The position numbers were made by a program, and so were the translations under genes. A stretch of DNA of 64,000 nt, from the NCBI GenBank assembly GCA_951406725.2, contig OX597830.1, positions 34,844,001 through 34,908,000 on the forward strand. The letters are read 5' to 3'. This document shows, piece after piece, positions 1 to 13,960 of the stretch. The first letter of the stretch is position 1. The number at the start of each line of letters is the position of its first letter. The notes beneath the pieces were generated by a model. The model had not been told where the DNA came from and ran no database searches. It saw only the letters and a program-made list of their open reading frames with translations. This DNA comes from Octopus vulgaris. Lineage: Eukaryota.

Positions 1-850
1 TATATATATATATATTCGGTTACAATTCGCATACATGCTCCACGGGATACAGCATAATTAATCATAGGGAGTTGTTCATATACATACATGCATGCATAAC
101 ACTTAATGCGAATCACCTACAAACAGAATTTATACGTATATACATACATATATATATATATATATCATATATCATATATCATATATATGTGTGTGTGTGT
201 AATATATTTGATAAAAAATAAAACGGATGCATACACCACAGGGCACATCATAATTAATGTTTGTCAGATACTTGTTTCCTGATGAGATAGAAAAAAATTA
301 TTCATATAAATTGTGTCTTTCCTGGGGCGGCGACTTTACGACTATGCATTTGAAGTATAAATGTAAGCTACCAACTTCTTATTCTTGATACAAAGCAAAT
401 ATGGGCTATCGTACCACGTGACTACTTTAAGTAGCTTCATTTGAAATGTTTCGCATTAAATAGAAAAGATCTATTAGCCAATGAATAATTAAAAAGATTT
501 TTCAGTAAGGTTTTCGCACAATATCTTGGAATACGAGATTCTACTATTTTTAGCATGCCGAAATCTTGTTAAATGTATTTGGAATACGATTTATATTGTA
601 TGTCGAAAGTTTGCAAAACACATAATAACAAGAGAAAATAAATATACAAATGAAAATAAAATAAACTTTTGAAAGCAGATGGAAAGTTTCTGCGATAATA
701 TGGTAGGACAAAGGTGAAAGTGAAACGCGAGGTTTTTCTGTCCACGGCGTACAAAATATACTTGGATGAATTTGCGTTCTGTCTTTCAGGTTTTTGAAAG
801 TACAGATATGTTCGGAATACCATCTTTTAAAGCTATGTAAAATTTTGCAA

Positions 851-1112
851 GGTGAAGGGGCGTGGCTTAGTGGTTAGGGTGTCAGCATCATGATCGTAAG
901 ATTGTGGTTTCGATTCTTGGACCGGGCGACGCGTTGTGTTCTTGAGCAAAACACTTCATATCACGTTGTTCCAGTTCACTCAGCTGGCAAAAATGAGTAA
1001 CGCTGCGATGGACTGGAGTCCCGTCCAGCTAGGAAACACATACGTCATTGAAACCGGGAAACCGGGCTCATGAGCCTGGCTAGGCTTTAAAAGGGCGCAT
1101 TTATTTTATTGT
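851..1112 (+). mobile_element. tRNA-derived SINE, family C, full length with TSD
   Basis: Head GGCGTGGCTTAGTGGTTAGG...GGTTTCGATTC has A and B boxes. Body TGTGTTCTTGAGCAAAACACTT is shared with 55171-55488 and 63860-64000. A 13-bp TSD TAAAATTTTGCAA lies at 838-850 and 1113-1125. Confidence 0.85.
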
Positions 1113-2502
1113 TAAAATTTTGCAAAACGAGGTTTTGGCTATGAATGCGATTTGCAACATTCATGGTTGCTTGCAAAAAAGTATATTCTTAATATTAGGC
1201 TGCAAATACCAAATATAATACATGGTTATATTACTGTAATTCTATCTAAAACATCGACCTGAAAAAACTATACAGTATGCGAAATGTAAGGATAAAGAAA
1301 AATATGTCAGCAATTTAATACATAAATTTGAATTTCCATTATAAATTCACCAGCCTTTTGACCTATGAATGGATTACTTACCGTCACGCTCGCAGAATTT
1401 AAAATGTGTCCCAGTTGAAATTATATGTTTAAATCCAGTAGGGTAGATATTTTCTATTTATACAATGAGAAATAGTTTTGTCATGATCATCAGACTGTAA
1501 ATAGAGATGACCACACGTATAAATACTTTATAAATAATATACAGAGCAACTAGTCCAGCAGTTGATTGTTTGTACATTCTCTTAAATATTCTATTTGCAG
1601 TTATAAATATTATATAATAGCGGTGAAGTGCATGATGCGGAAACTTCTCTTACATGCTACAGAGCAAGACAAATGGGCTACCGTTTCTATAAGCGGCAGT
1701 TTGATTTTTAAATTGCTTACTATTTCATTACATTTCAGATCTTAATTCAATACATTGAGTGAAATGTCTTAATACATATTCAGACAACGAATAAGAATGT
1801 TTTAAAATATATTTATGATGACATTCCATTATTTATACCCGCAATACAGATCAATTACGATCATAGGTATGCTTTATTAATAAAATCTTGTCAGAGCTAT
1901 ATTACAGCAAAATCAACAACTAATATCATAGCGTAGAGAAGCTTTCAGCAGTGATGATCAACGATGCATTTGACTGTTGGTTGTTAAGGACACTAAAACC
2001 ATTGAACATGTAGAAAGAGGATAAATACTTGTTGGCTATTAATTGTGCAATATTGGTGCATATTAATTGTGCAATATTCGGTGCATATTAATTGTGCAAA
2101 AGTTGCACAATTTGGTAATTTCAGTGAGAATACCCAACCAGAAAGTGGTGGATTGAAGACATATTACCATCCGTTCAATAATTTATGTGAATTTGCATAT
2201 TCATTTGTTAATGCATTTGTGTAATGATTTTATATTTGAATATCATATACGCGCACATGTGTGTGTGTGTGTATGTGTGTGTGTGTTTGTGAGAGCGCGT
2301 GTGTGTGCAATACCTCCATAAACCAGAGACCCGATTGCAAGTATTACATTTTCCCACCTGAATTATTATTCCAATCAAGTGCAATCATGCAGTTTCATTG
2401 TATGGCATAATATAATCAACGAAAACACCATATACCAAGAAACAAAGAACCTCTGAACATGATAAACCATACAAAGACTAAAATTTCAATGAAAGACAAA
2501 TT

Positions 2503-3070
2503 TTAGGGTTGTCCGGAAAGTTCGTGCCGATTTATAATAGCTTAACTTTCGACATATTTTAGAACATGGTTGAGTCCATAAAATAGGATTTGACTACAAC
2601 TCCATTTAGAGCACAGTTTTAGCTGTCTTTTCGTGGAAGAAGGTTTATGTTCCTAAAACTCGTGTTAATTCTGTAACCTTTTAAAATGGAAAATAAGAAA
2701 GTTCATTTTCGGCACTTGATGCTATGGGGACCAGTAAAAAATTGCTGCAGCTCGGCTGGGATGTGTTACCACACCCTCCATATTCACCAGATACTGCTCC
2801 TTCGGATTTCTACTTATTCAGGTCTCTGCAGAATAGTCTTAATGGTAAAAATTTCAATTCCTTGGATGACGTAAAAAGATACCTTGATGAATTCTTTGCC
2901 ATGAAACCCCCTCAATTCTGGGAAGAGGTTATTTTCAAGTTAAAGGAAAGATGGAGACGCATTGTGCAGCAAAATGGTTTGTATTTGTTGATTAAAAATG
3001 TAATGGCAAGTATTTATTGACCTTTTTCTTTCCTTTAAAAATCGGCACGAACTTTCCGGACAACGCAATA
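2503..3070 (+). mobile_element. Internally deleted mariner transposon with both TIRs
   Basis: ~28-bp TIRs GTTGTCCGGAAAGTTCGTGCCGATTT at 2508-2533 and its reverse complement at 3039-3064. The transposase N-terminus MENKKVHFRHLML (2686) is joined to the C-terminus WDVLPHPPYSPDTAPSDFYLFRSLQN...ERWRRIVQQNG (2724-3020). Confidence 0.92.
2686..3020 (+). pseudogene. Mariner transposase remnant: 13 N-terminal codons joined out of frame to ~95 C-terminal codons
   Basis: The YSPD(L/T)APSDF motif is present; the HTH domain and most of the catalytic domain are missing. Confidence 0.88.
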
Positions 3071-4137
3071 GAATCACAATACATGAAGATACAAATAAGT
3101 CATAGTCAAGAAGTAAATATATCTGACGGATATCATTATGATTTCGACACTTGTGCAGTAGGATTAAATATGGTGATATCAGCAGTGTTAAAAACATAAA
3201 AGCTGTCAAAGAATTAATAGACAAAAAGCAAGGGCGAAACATTGCGATGGTTTCATTACGTCCACACTTGCTTATTGTTACAAATAAAACAAAAAAGATC
3301 TCAAAATCTCAGGCACAAATTGTTACATAACTATAGTTAGGAAACTCGGAAATTATATAATATAGGTGGTTAGTTTTATCGATCGTAGACCATGCGTTGT
3401 TATATTGGGGTGTACAGTTAAACAAATTAAAGATATTCTGAGAGAAGTAAATTGTAGTACTTTATTATCAGATATATATTTATTTTCATTTGAATTTAAT
3501 TTGCTTAATGATTTATGCGACAAGAGCAGCCAAAACAGTTTAGTGGTTGCTGTAGATAAATCAATGGCAGTTTTATTCGTAACTACAGTTATTTGGAATT
3601 TGTGCTTGGAAACATATATATCCTGAAGATGTCGTAGCGAAGGGAAATTATGACTCGGTAGATGAAGTCAACTAGCTTGATGCTAAGATAGTTTGTGAAA
3701 TTAAAAGGTTTCTGAGTAGAAGTTCTGATGAAATTGATACCGTCTCATATTGTATCACTGTCCTATGCATCATGTGGGGTTCTGCAATGAGCTGAGCATA
3801 AGGTATTTTACACTCATGTGACACATACAAGACAGTTCTCAAACATTTTAGAATGTGAATGCTTTCACCAAGGAAACCAGGGGATCATTCATAAAGCATT
3901 TTCTTTCTGTACATCTAGAACTTAATTATAATCACCACAGGCATCACCTATTTCATTAAAAAGTTTTGTCGGGGAGGGAAAATAAGTTGTCATCTTTGGC
4001 GTGTGCTATGCCAAAATCTACATACATGCATACACATATATATGTGTGTGTATATACACACACATATATATATATATATATATGACTGTGTATCTATCTA
4101 TCTATCTATATATATATATGTATACACACACACACAT

Positions 4138-4221
<84 letters not shown>

Positions 4222-4228
<7 letters not shown>

Positions 4229-4401
4229 TCAGTCATTTGACTGCGAGCATGCTGGGGCATCGCCTTTAGTCGAAAAAATCGACTTCAGGACTTTGTAAGC
4301 ATATTACTTAATCTATCGGCTTCTTTTGCCGACCCGCTATGTTACGGCGACGGAAACACACCAGCATCGGTAGGAGACAAGCACAGACACACAAACAAAC
4401 G

Positions 4402-4447
<46 letters not shown>

Positions 4448-4620
4448 TACATATATACGACGGGCTTCTTTCAGTTTCCGTCTACCAAATCCACTCACAA
4501 GATTTTAGTCGGCTTGAGTCTATAGTATAAGACACCTGCCCAAGGTGCCACGCAGTGTGACTGACCCCGGAACCATGTGGTTGATAAGCAAGTTACTTAC
4601 CACACAGCCACTCCTGCGCC
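4222..4620 (-). mobile_element. tRNA-derived SINE, family A (dominant family)
   Basis: Reverse complement of GGCGCAGGAGTGGCTGTGTGGTAAG...GAAACTGAAAGAAGCCCGTCG(TA/TG)n...GCAGTCAAATGACTGAAAC; more than 10 copies in the window. Confidence 0.9.
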
Positions 4621-5144
4621 TATATACATGTAAAATCGGGCAGACAGATAATATACATATATATTCAGACATATATATATGTGTACGGATATATACGTTT
4701 GTGTAAAATTGAATTCAAGTATAATATTGTATAACACTGTATGATATAATATATATAGTTCTACAAATATATGTATACATATATATATATGCGTATATAA
4801 ATGCAAGTGAGAGAGTCCTTGAGCGCGTGTCTGTATGCGCCCCTGCGTATGATTGTAAAGGTGTGCGCGTATGCGCGACTCCGCGTGCTTGAGTGGGTGT
4901 ACGCGCTTGTGAATGTGTGTGTGTGTTTAAATCGAATTTCTTCCGGAAAGACATTAATGTCTAAACAGATTTCGTGATATTTCAGATAATCTTGAGTAAT
5001 AAAAGGATTCATCGATAAAACATGGCGGTTGTAATGAAATATGGTTTCCACCCTTCTACCCAACTCCTTAATGACACACGTCTCTACAAGCACATACCCT
5101 TTCTGACTATAACTTCTATCAATGATCTACTGAGATATGATCAT

Positions 5145-5392
5145 TTTGTAGTTGTTGTTGTTGTTGTTGTTATTGCTATTCTTATTGTTATTATTGTTAT
5201 TATTGTTGTTGTTGTTACTACATTGATCGCTATATTACTAATTTTAAATCGGTTAATATTTACAATATAACTTCAATAAAATAGCATTATTTAACCTTAA
5301 CGCTGTTTTTTCATTGTTTGTTATTATTGTTGTTGTTGTTGTTATTATTATTATTATTATTATTATTAATATTATTATTATTATTTGTAGTA

Positions 5393-5452
<60 letters not shown>

Positions 5453-5476
5453 TTGGCGGTGGCAGCAGCAGCAGCA

Positions 5477-5546
<70 letters not shown>

Positions 5547-5550
5547 CGGC
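5145..5550. repeat. Compound trinucleotide microsatellites (GTT/ATT/AGT/AGC)n
   Basis: Visible tandem repeats; source of the poly-V/I/S/L ORFs. Confidence 0.95.
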
Positions 5551-5585
5551 ATCGTCGTTGTTGTTGCTGGTTTTTGTTGTTATTA

Positions 5586-5950
5586 AGGTGGCGAGCTGCT
5601 AGAATCATTAGAGCGTCGGACGAAATGCTAAACGTCTTTTCTTCGGGATCTTCACGTTCTGAGTTGAAAATATTCACACGGGGATCTACTTTGTCTTTCA
5701 TCCTTTCGAGCCGGAAAATGAAAAACGACTCAGATACTGGGGTTGACGTAATCGACTCCTCCACCTTCTTCATAAAATCATTTCCTAGTGCCCAAAATTC
5801 GAAACAATTGTTATTACCATTAATATTATAGTTGTTTTGAAGAGGGCGAGCTGACAGAATCGTTAGCGCGGCAGGAAAAATGCTCATTGGCATTTCGTGT
5901 ATCTTTACATTCTAATTCCGTTGAGGTTGACTTTGCTTATGGTCGATAAA
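5586..5950 (+). mobile_element. Two diverged SINE family B copies (5586-5810 and 5842-5950)
   Basis: Match to GGCGAGCTGGCAGAA..GTTAGC...GTTCTGAGTTCAAATTCC..GAGGTCGACTTTGCCTTTCATCC seen in other copies. Confidence 0.8.
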
Positions 5951-5959
5951 GAAAGTAAC

Positions 5960-6401
<442 letters not shown>

Positions 6402-6548
6402 TGCTGTCGGAGTTTCAAATGCTGCCGAGGGTACCAGTTGAGCACTGTTTTTTCATTGGAATAAAAATTCAAATTAGCGTGAAATCTAATCTTTCAATTT
6501 ACTGTAAAATTAATTCCTATTTCTTTGAAAATTTCTCCCTTTACCGAT

Positions 6549-6962
6549 AGAGCATGTAGGCTGTGTGGTAAGTAGGTTGCTTACCAGCCACATGTGTCCG
6601 GTTTCAGTCCCACTGCGTTGCACCTTGGGCAAGTGTCTTCTACTATAGCGTCGGGCCGACCAAAGACTTGTGAGTGGATTTGGTAGACGGAAACTAAAAG
6701 AAGCCCGTCGTATATATTTGGTAGATATTTAGTATATATATGTGTATGTGCGTGTATATGTTTGTGTGCCTTTGTTTGTCCCCCAAACATCGCTTGACAA
6801 CCGATGCTGCTGTGTTTATGTCCTGGTAACTTAGCGGTTCGGCAAAAGAGACCAATAGAATAAGTACTAGGCTTCCAAAGAATAAGTTCTGGGATCGATT
6901 TGCTTGACTAAAAGTGGTGCTCCAGCATGGCCGCAGTCAGATGACTGAAACAAGTAAAAGAG
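6549..6962 (+). mobile_element. SINE family A
   Basis: Head, internal (TA/TG) tract and GACTGAAACAAGTAAAAG tail are all present. Confidence 0.92.
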
Positions 6963-7834
6963 AATTAAGGCTTAGCTTTTGTTTCCTTTCTACAACTAGA
7001 CGACAGAGCCGAATTTCACTCAACTCATAACCTATCTCTAATTAACAATCGAAGAAAATTTTGGGCAATAACAGTCTTTCACACGAGAAAAAAAGACTAA
7101 GATGGTCACTTGTGGTATGTCTTTGATTATAGGCTGACCTCGGATTAAACCGAAAACATCAATAATAATAAATTCACTGCAGTGAGTCTATACGGTGTGT
7201 TAGTTGACATTCATATTTCGGTAATCAATATATATATATATATAAATCTGTTTTTACGTTGAGGTTTCTTCTTTAATTTTTAGAATATTTTATATGTTAT
7301 TCAGCTGCACACCGTAGCGTATTTAGATTTAAGCATTAAAGATTCAGATGCACATATATCTGCTATCTACCGAGAGCCTTTCTAGCCAAGTCAATACATG
7401 AACGACAAAAATGACACCACTCTCCTTCAGACGCTTTTGAAGCTACCTTTCACGCTCGATATCCTTGCTGGAGTAATCTTTCCCATCAACATAATCTAAA
7501 CCAATAACCACTATACTAGCAATTGTATTGATTAGCAATTTTGAATATGTTTCGAATATACAACGGCAAATACAAGTGTAAGCACAAACCTAATAGCTAT
7601 AATTTCACAAATTATATTCTAGACAACACCGATATTACACTTTGAAGCAAAAACCGATAATATAATAACAATCGCTGAAACAGTTTATAAATAATCAACA
7701 TGAGCGCATGCGCTACTGAGTGGCACGAGAGTTCGCTTTGCAACTATGTGACTTCAGGTTCGAATCTACCATGTTAACAGTTTAGGCAGGTTTTTTTTTT
7801 TTTTAACAAAGACTTTGGATGAAATTTGGAATAT

Positions 7835-8051
7835 ATTTCTTTACTACTCACAAGGGGACAAACAAGGACAGACAAACGTATTAAGTCGATTATATCGACC
7901 CTAGTGCATAACTGGTACTTAATTTCTCGACCCCGAAAGGATGAAAGGCAAATTCGACCTCGGCGGAATTTGAACCCAGAACGTAACGGCAGACGAAATA
8001 CGGCTACGCATTTCGCCCAGCGTGCAAACGTTTCTGCCAGTTGGCCGCCTT
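7835..8051 (-). mobile_element. SINE family B
   Basis: Reverse complement of the family B consensus, including CCCGAAAGGATGAAAGGCAAA.TCGACCTCGGCGGAATTTGAAC. Confidence 0.88.
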
Positions 8052-8470
8052 TATAAAATTGATGAACAACCTTAATCGTCAGAGGCGTCTACATCATTCT
8101 GACAGTCGCCCTTTGGAGGAAATTTGGAATAGGGAATATGTGTATAAGCCTATAAAAATTAGCCGTTCCGTTTCTTGTATCATAGACATAATCAGTTACC
8201 GGATCTAATGCTACACATACATTTTGGGTGATTTTGCTGGTTTCCACTACGTTGAGAACATTTGTGCTTGGATTTGTTTCTGAGGATAACTTCCTCTATT
8301 TCTTCAGCCTGGAGCTGAAATCGTTAATGAGTGCCATATCTTCTCCTGTGATTAAACCAGTAAAATAAACAATAATAAAATTAACCGCTAAACATTTCTG
8401 AGACACTCTAACATGAGTGTTTATTCCTTCTAAAAAACTCAAAGTCAATCATAACCAAAAGTGTTCGAGA

Positions 8471-8695
8471 AAACTGCCGGCATCAGTTGTTAGTTGTCGG
8501 AGCACTGCATCCTTCAAAACTTCCATGCTTCCTGAGATTCGTCAACACTACACCTGATTTTCTCCCCTCTATACACATGCAAGCATGAATCTGACTCATA
8601 CACTGTTCACTCTCCAGACATTTGTACGTTACTGCATATACTTTATATGCACTTTTGACAAGTTGCGGTGCACCTGAGCACTGTATACAATAATT

Positions 8696-8771
<76 letters not shown>

Positions 8772-8776
8772 CATCA

Positions 8777-8855
<79 letters not shown>

Positions 8856-8860
8856 CATCA

Positions 8861-8943
<83 letters not shown>
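8471..8943 (+). mobile_element. 5'-truncated CR1/L2-type LINE 3' end followed by an (ATT)n tract
   Basis: 8471-8557 reads KLPASVVSCRSTASFKTSMLPEIRQHYT*, matching the WNxLPxxVVxxxSxxxFK C-terminal motif of CR1 ORF2. A ~140-nt 3' UTR and (ATT/ATC)n at 8698-8943 follow. Confidence 0.6.
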
Positions 8944-9922
8944 CAGTAACGGTTTCCTGATTAATATGTTACTCCCGAGGGAATGGGTAACGCATCATTT
9001 ATACATTAATTTGTTAAAATATAATTCAATTGCGTAATCATATGAATAATGATGTTTTGTACCGTAGAAATATCTGCAGAGGACGGAGAGATAATGTAAA
9101 ACATGTGAAAATTTATGCTTTTCTGCTTTTCATTCAAGTTATAAGCAAATGGATAATGAGAATATGAACAGTTACCGTTCATGCAGCATCTTAGTATTAC
9201 AACTGGCTTAAAAAAATATGAATTGTAAACGTAGTTCTATTCTGCTCATGAAACTGTAGTTACCTCGGTAAATAATGACATTTCAAATCGATGGTAGCGA
9301 ACGGAGACAACAAGAGCAGTAAGTATCTCATGGCATACATATTACAACATCCTTTTCTCCAGTATTAACCGGAGAGCATTGCAAGAATGTTGACGATATC
9401 TAAATGGCTAACTACAATCGTGTGTGTGTGTGTGTGTGTGTGTACATATGAATATATATTAACCATAGATATTAAACCAAGAGGTGGTATTTAACAGCAG
9501 TAATTTTCAAAAAAGGTTAAAAGCCAAAAGACCTTGAAATACTTTCTGACTCTATGAACTGTTGTGAAACCCAAAAAAATATTCGTACCTACATAAAAAC
9601 ATAAAGCACACGCAAAAATAGCATTAACATACGGTGGTGCCCCAGCATGACGCAGTTTTATGGATGGAACACTTAAAAGAATAAAATAATGCTAAATGAT
9701 ACACAACCACATTCACACAGTTGTGTACTTTCGCACACATTAATGAACATACAGAACGGAAGATAACAAACATTAGTATACACACTAGCAAACATAAATA
9801 CATGCACTAAAACATGCATATACGTACAATATAAATACAAATAAACAGATATAAACGCTTACATCTGAATTTCGGTTGCAAATACGCACATGGTGTCGGT
9901 CTTCCATATATTTTATACATAA

Positions 9923-10351
9923 AAGCGTAGGAGTGGCTGTGTGGTAAGTAGGTTGCTTACCGGCCACATGGTTCTGAGTTCAGGTCCCACTGCGTGGCAT
10001 CTTGGACAAGTGTCTTCTACTATAGCCTCGGGCCGACCTAAGCCTTGCGAGTGGATTTGGTGGACGGAAACTGAAAGAAGCCCGTCGTATATATGTGTAT
10101 ATGTATGTATGTGTGTGTGTGTGTTTATATGTTTGTATGTCTGTGTTTGTCCCCCCAACATCGCTTGACAACCGATGCTAGTGTGTTTATGCCCACGTAA
10201 CTTAGCGGTTCGGCAAAAGAGACCGATAGAATAAATACTAGGCTTACAAAGAATAAGTCCTGGGGTCGATTTGCTCGACTAAAGGTGGTGCTCCACCATG
10301 GCCACAGTCAAAACGACTGAAACAAGTAAATAAGTAAAAGAGTAAAAAGAG
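9923..10351 (+). mobile_element. SINE family A
   Basis: Near full-length match to the other copies. Confidence 0.93.
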
Positions 10352-11390
10352 AAAATCTTATATTAATATCGTGACGTATATTTGCCATTTGAATATGGCT
10401 AACCCCTAAGGGTGGATGCTACTGTAGTTTGTAGCCCCATGAGGACACCTCCTCCAGCTGGCTATAGACACACTTTCTGTGCCCTATCAGTATTTGCAAC
10501 TCGCTCTGAGATTTATCATTATTCTTATATTAATACTTACATTTAAAACATTGATATAACAATATAACCCTGATGTTCTGGTGATTAGATGAGCAAGCAT
10601 TCTTTATCTGCTCTGATTTGTGAATACGCTATAATTGTAGAATGAATAGAATGCATATTTGCAGATATGTAAGCATAATTTATAAAACACTGAAATTATT
10701 ATTACACGAGGACGGCATCGAAACGGCCGTAATCCTAAAGTTGATAAGTGGTTGAATAAAGATATTTACATCTCGTACCACCTGAATTTGTATAGTTTAC
10801 ATACCCCTCATAAAATATTCTCATCGATCGAAACTCGTGGATTTCATCTGTATAGAGTTCTGCTTTGTACTGCTCTGTATTAAACAGATTTGTGTTTTGC
10901 TAGCCGAATTGGCTAGCGGAGCTTTCTGTGGTAACCACACGATTAAATGAATTCATACACTACACTACAAATCTGAAATCGACATTAAGAGGAATTAGAA
11001 GTTACTACATTTTCTGTTAATTTCGCAAATGAAGCAGAACAGGTAAGCATCTGTTACAATCAACCCTAAAACACGTAGAGACAAACACATATACACACAC
11101 GCATATATATATATATATATGTGTTGAGGGTGGGTGCGTGTGTATGTGAGTGTTTATTATGTGTCTGTATATATACGTGTGTATATGTATACCCTTGTAT
11201 GTGCATGCCCGTGTATGTATATGCTCATGTATGTGTGTATGTGTATAAAGGTGTGTACGATTGTAATACTCATACATCTACGTACAGCTATATGAAGAAT
11301 ATACTTGTTATTTCGATAATTGTCTATCCCAGTTTCTTTGTTTTTATACGTACGAACACATCTACTAGAACACGTATAAATATATACAAA

Positions 11391-11433
<43 letters not shown>

Positions 11434-12274
11434 TGAATGAGTAAATGAGAAAGAGAAATAGAGATCATGGAGTAATAACATTATTTTTCATTTCTATTTA
11501 TTTCTTACCCTCATCTCTGCCGTCACCCATGTCACTTCAACTGACTTTAATCTCCTTTTCTTTTTGCTTACAACAAATATTTCAATTTGTGTCAAAGATC
11601 AGGAACTATACTGTTGGAATTTGCTTGTTTCCGGTACAAGAAATTAATGAATGGAAGAAAATGTAAAAGATTCCTTATGATAAAAGCTACTGGAATTGTT
11701 CTTTATTCCTGCACAAGACAATTATTTCTGGTTGCATGCGAATAATTGCATTTGTAGGTAAGGACAGTTCTGTATTGGAAAAGGGAATAGAAAGAAAGAA
11801 AGAAAGAAAAAAAGAAAGAAAGATGGATATATAGAGAGATAGAGAGGTAGAGAGGAGAGTGTGAGAGTTGTGAGGTGAGATTACAATAAAGAAAGAATTA
11901 GAAGGGAAGAAAGAGAGCCAAAGAGATGGGATAAGAGGTATATAGAAAGTTGTACAAAGACAATTATATGGTATATACTTATTATTTCTATCCAATGTTA
12001 AAGTTGTTGCTACACGTGTACATATATTAATGGTGAAACATATGCATACAAAAATGTTAGCGCAAGCAGAGACACACACACATACATACACACATACACA
12101 CACATACAAACATATAAATGTATATATGTATATAAATATGTGTGTATGTAATACACGCACTCACACACGTGCATGCCAATTTGTGTATGCATGTATGCAT
12201 GTATGCAAGAACGTTTGAATATATATATATGCATGCGTGTGTGTGCGTATACGTGTGTGTGTGTATGCATTTAA

Positions 12275-12430
<156 letters not shown>

Positions 12431-12701
12431 GTATATATCAGCCAGGCACACGCACACGCGCGCACACACACACACGTATATAGATATAGATGTATATTTA
12501 TAAGCGTATATATATAGCGTAACATGGTTTCACACGAGTGTGAATTGCAATTAAGCAAACACCGTACCGAATACTCGCACGTAGAAAGAAATAACACTAT
12601 TTTTCAAAGCTGAATCTGTGATTGTTGCTGCTCAGTGTTTCATGTTGCCGCTCTTCAAATGGCATACACATAATCCGTACGAATACACGCACATACATAT
12701 A

Positions 12702-13007
12702 TGGAGTGGCTGTGTGGTAAGTAGCTTGCTAACCAACCACATGGTTCCGGGTTCAGTCCCACTGCATGGCACCTGGGGCAAGTGTCTTCTACTATAGCCT
12801 CGGGCCGACCAATGCCTTGTGAGTGGATTTGGTAGACGGAAACTGAAAGAAGCCCGTCGTATATATGTATATATATATGTGTGTGCGTGTATGTTTGTGT
12901 GTCTGTGTTTGTCCCCCTAGCATTGCTTAACAACCGATGCTGGTGTGTTTACATCCCCGTTACTTAGCGGTTCGGCAAAAGAGACCGATAGAATAAGTGC
13001 TGGGCTT
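12702..13007 (+). mobile_element. SINE family A, 3'-truncated
   Basis: Head and body match; the copy ends in (TA)n after AATAAGTGCTGGGCTTA. Confidence 0.9.
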
Positions 13008-13032
13008 AGATATATATATATATATATGTATA

Positions 13033-13087
<55 letters not shown>

Positions 13088-13170
13088 GTAGGAATGTATA
13101 CACACACTCGCAAACTAATTCATTTCAGGTTTAAAGAAGTTCACAAACAGGAGTGGCTGTATGGTAAGTA

Positions 13171-13389
13171 TTCTATAGACGAGGTCAAAACAGTACTGGA
13201 GGAGTATTTTTCGTCATGGACAAGTGAAATTTGAAAGAGAGGCCTCTTGCAAGTCTACCAGATAGATGGGAGAGCATTGTGGAAAATGAAGGAGAGTATA
13301 TTCTAGATTAAAAAAGGACTTTGCTTATCTTAAAGTTGAAAACTAAAAGAAATATTAAAAAAACGCATTATTTATGGGATGAGCCAATA
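13171..13389 (+). mobile_element. 3' fragment of a second mariner family
   Basis: Reads DEVKTVLEEYFSS...KRG / ASLPDRWESIVENEGEYILD* with a stop and a frameshift, then a TIR-like AAAAACGCATTATTTATGGGATGAGCCAATA. Confidence 0.75.
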
Positions 13390-13960
13390 GTTCTTCGTGT
13401 ATATATGTATGCGTGTATGTATACATGCAATCTTTTATGTATGCGTGTATCTATATATCTATGAATGATTTATCTGCGTGTACGTATAAAACGACGAGAC
13501 AATACATTATATATTCATTTCTTGTAGGGCCACTGTATATATTTATGCAAATTAAGTCAAATTAAAGGCTTTTTAATTCAATACTATGTCCTACCGTGTT
13601 AGCCGTGCTTTTAAATCACATTTTAAGGTTATCTCTGCAGATTTTTCTAGAGAAATTTTACACAGCACTGAGATTTACAACGTTTCATACACGAGTATGC
13701 CTAACGTAAAGAATACGAACGAGGATACAACACAATAACCAAACACGAACAGATTGCTTCAATAGCCGCTAAATATTGCGATGAAAACCACGTGTGTACA
13801 CAAATTTTATATATTAAGCATATACTTAGCAACTGGTCCGCACTTATCAATTAGTGGTAGAAACCATATTTCGGTATGCAACCATAATGTACAACCACGT
13901 ATATATTATTCATATAGCAGCTTGCTCTTTAAGCAATGTTTTCGGGTAGGGTTGATGGCT

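Noticed and set aside
278-296. CTGATGAGATAGAAA hammerhead-like core
   Set aside because: No stem II or stem III pairing; a likely chance match in AT-rich DNA.
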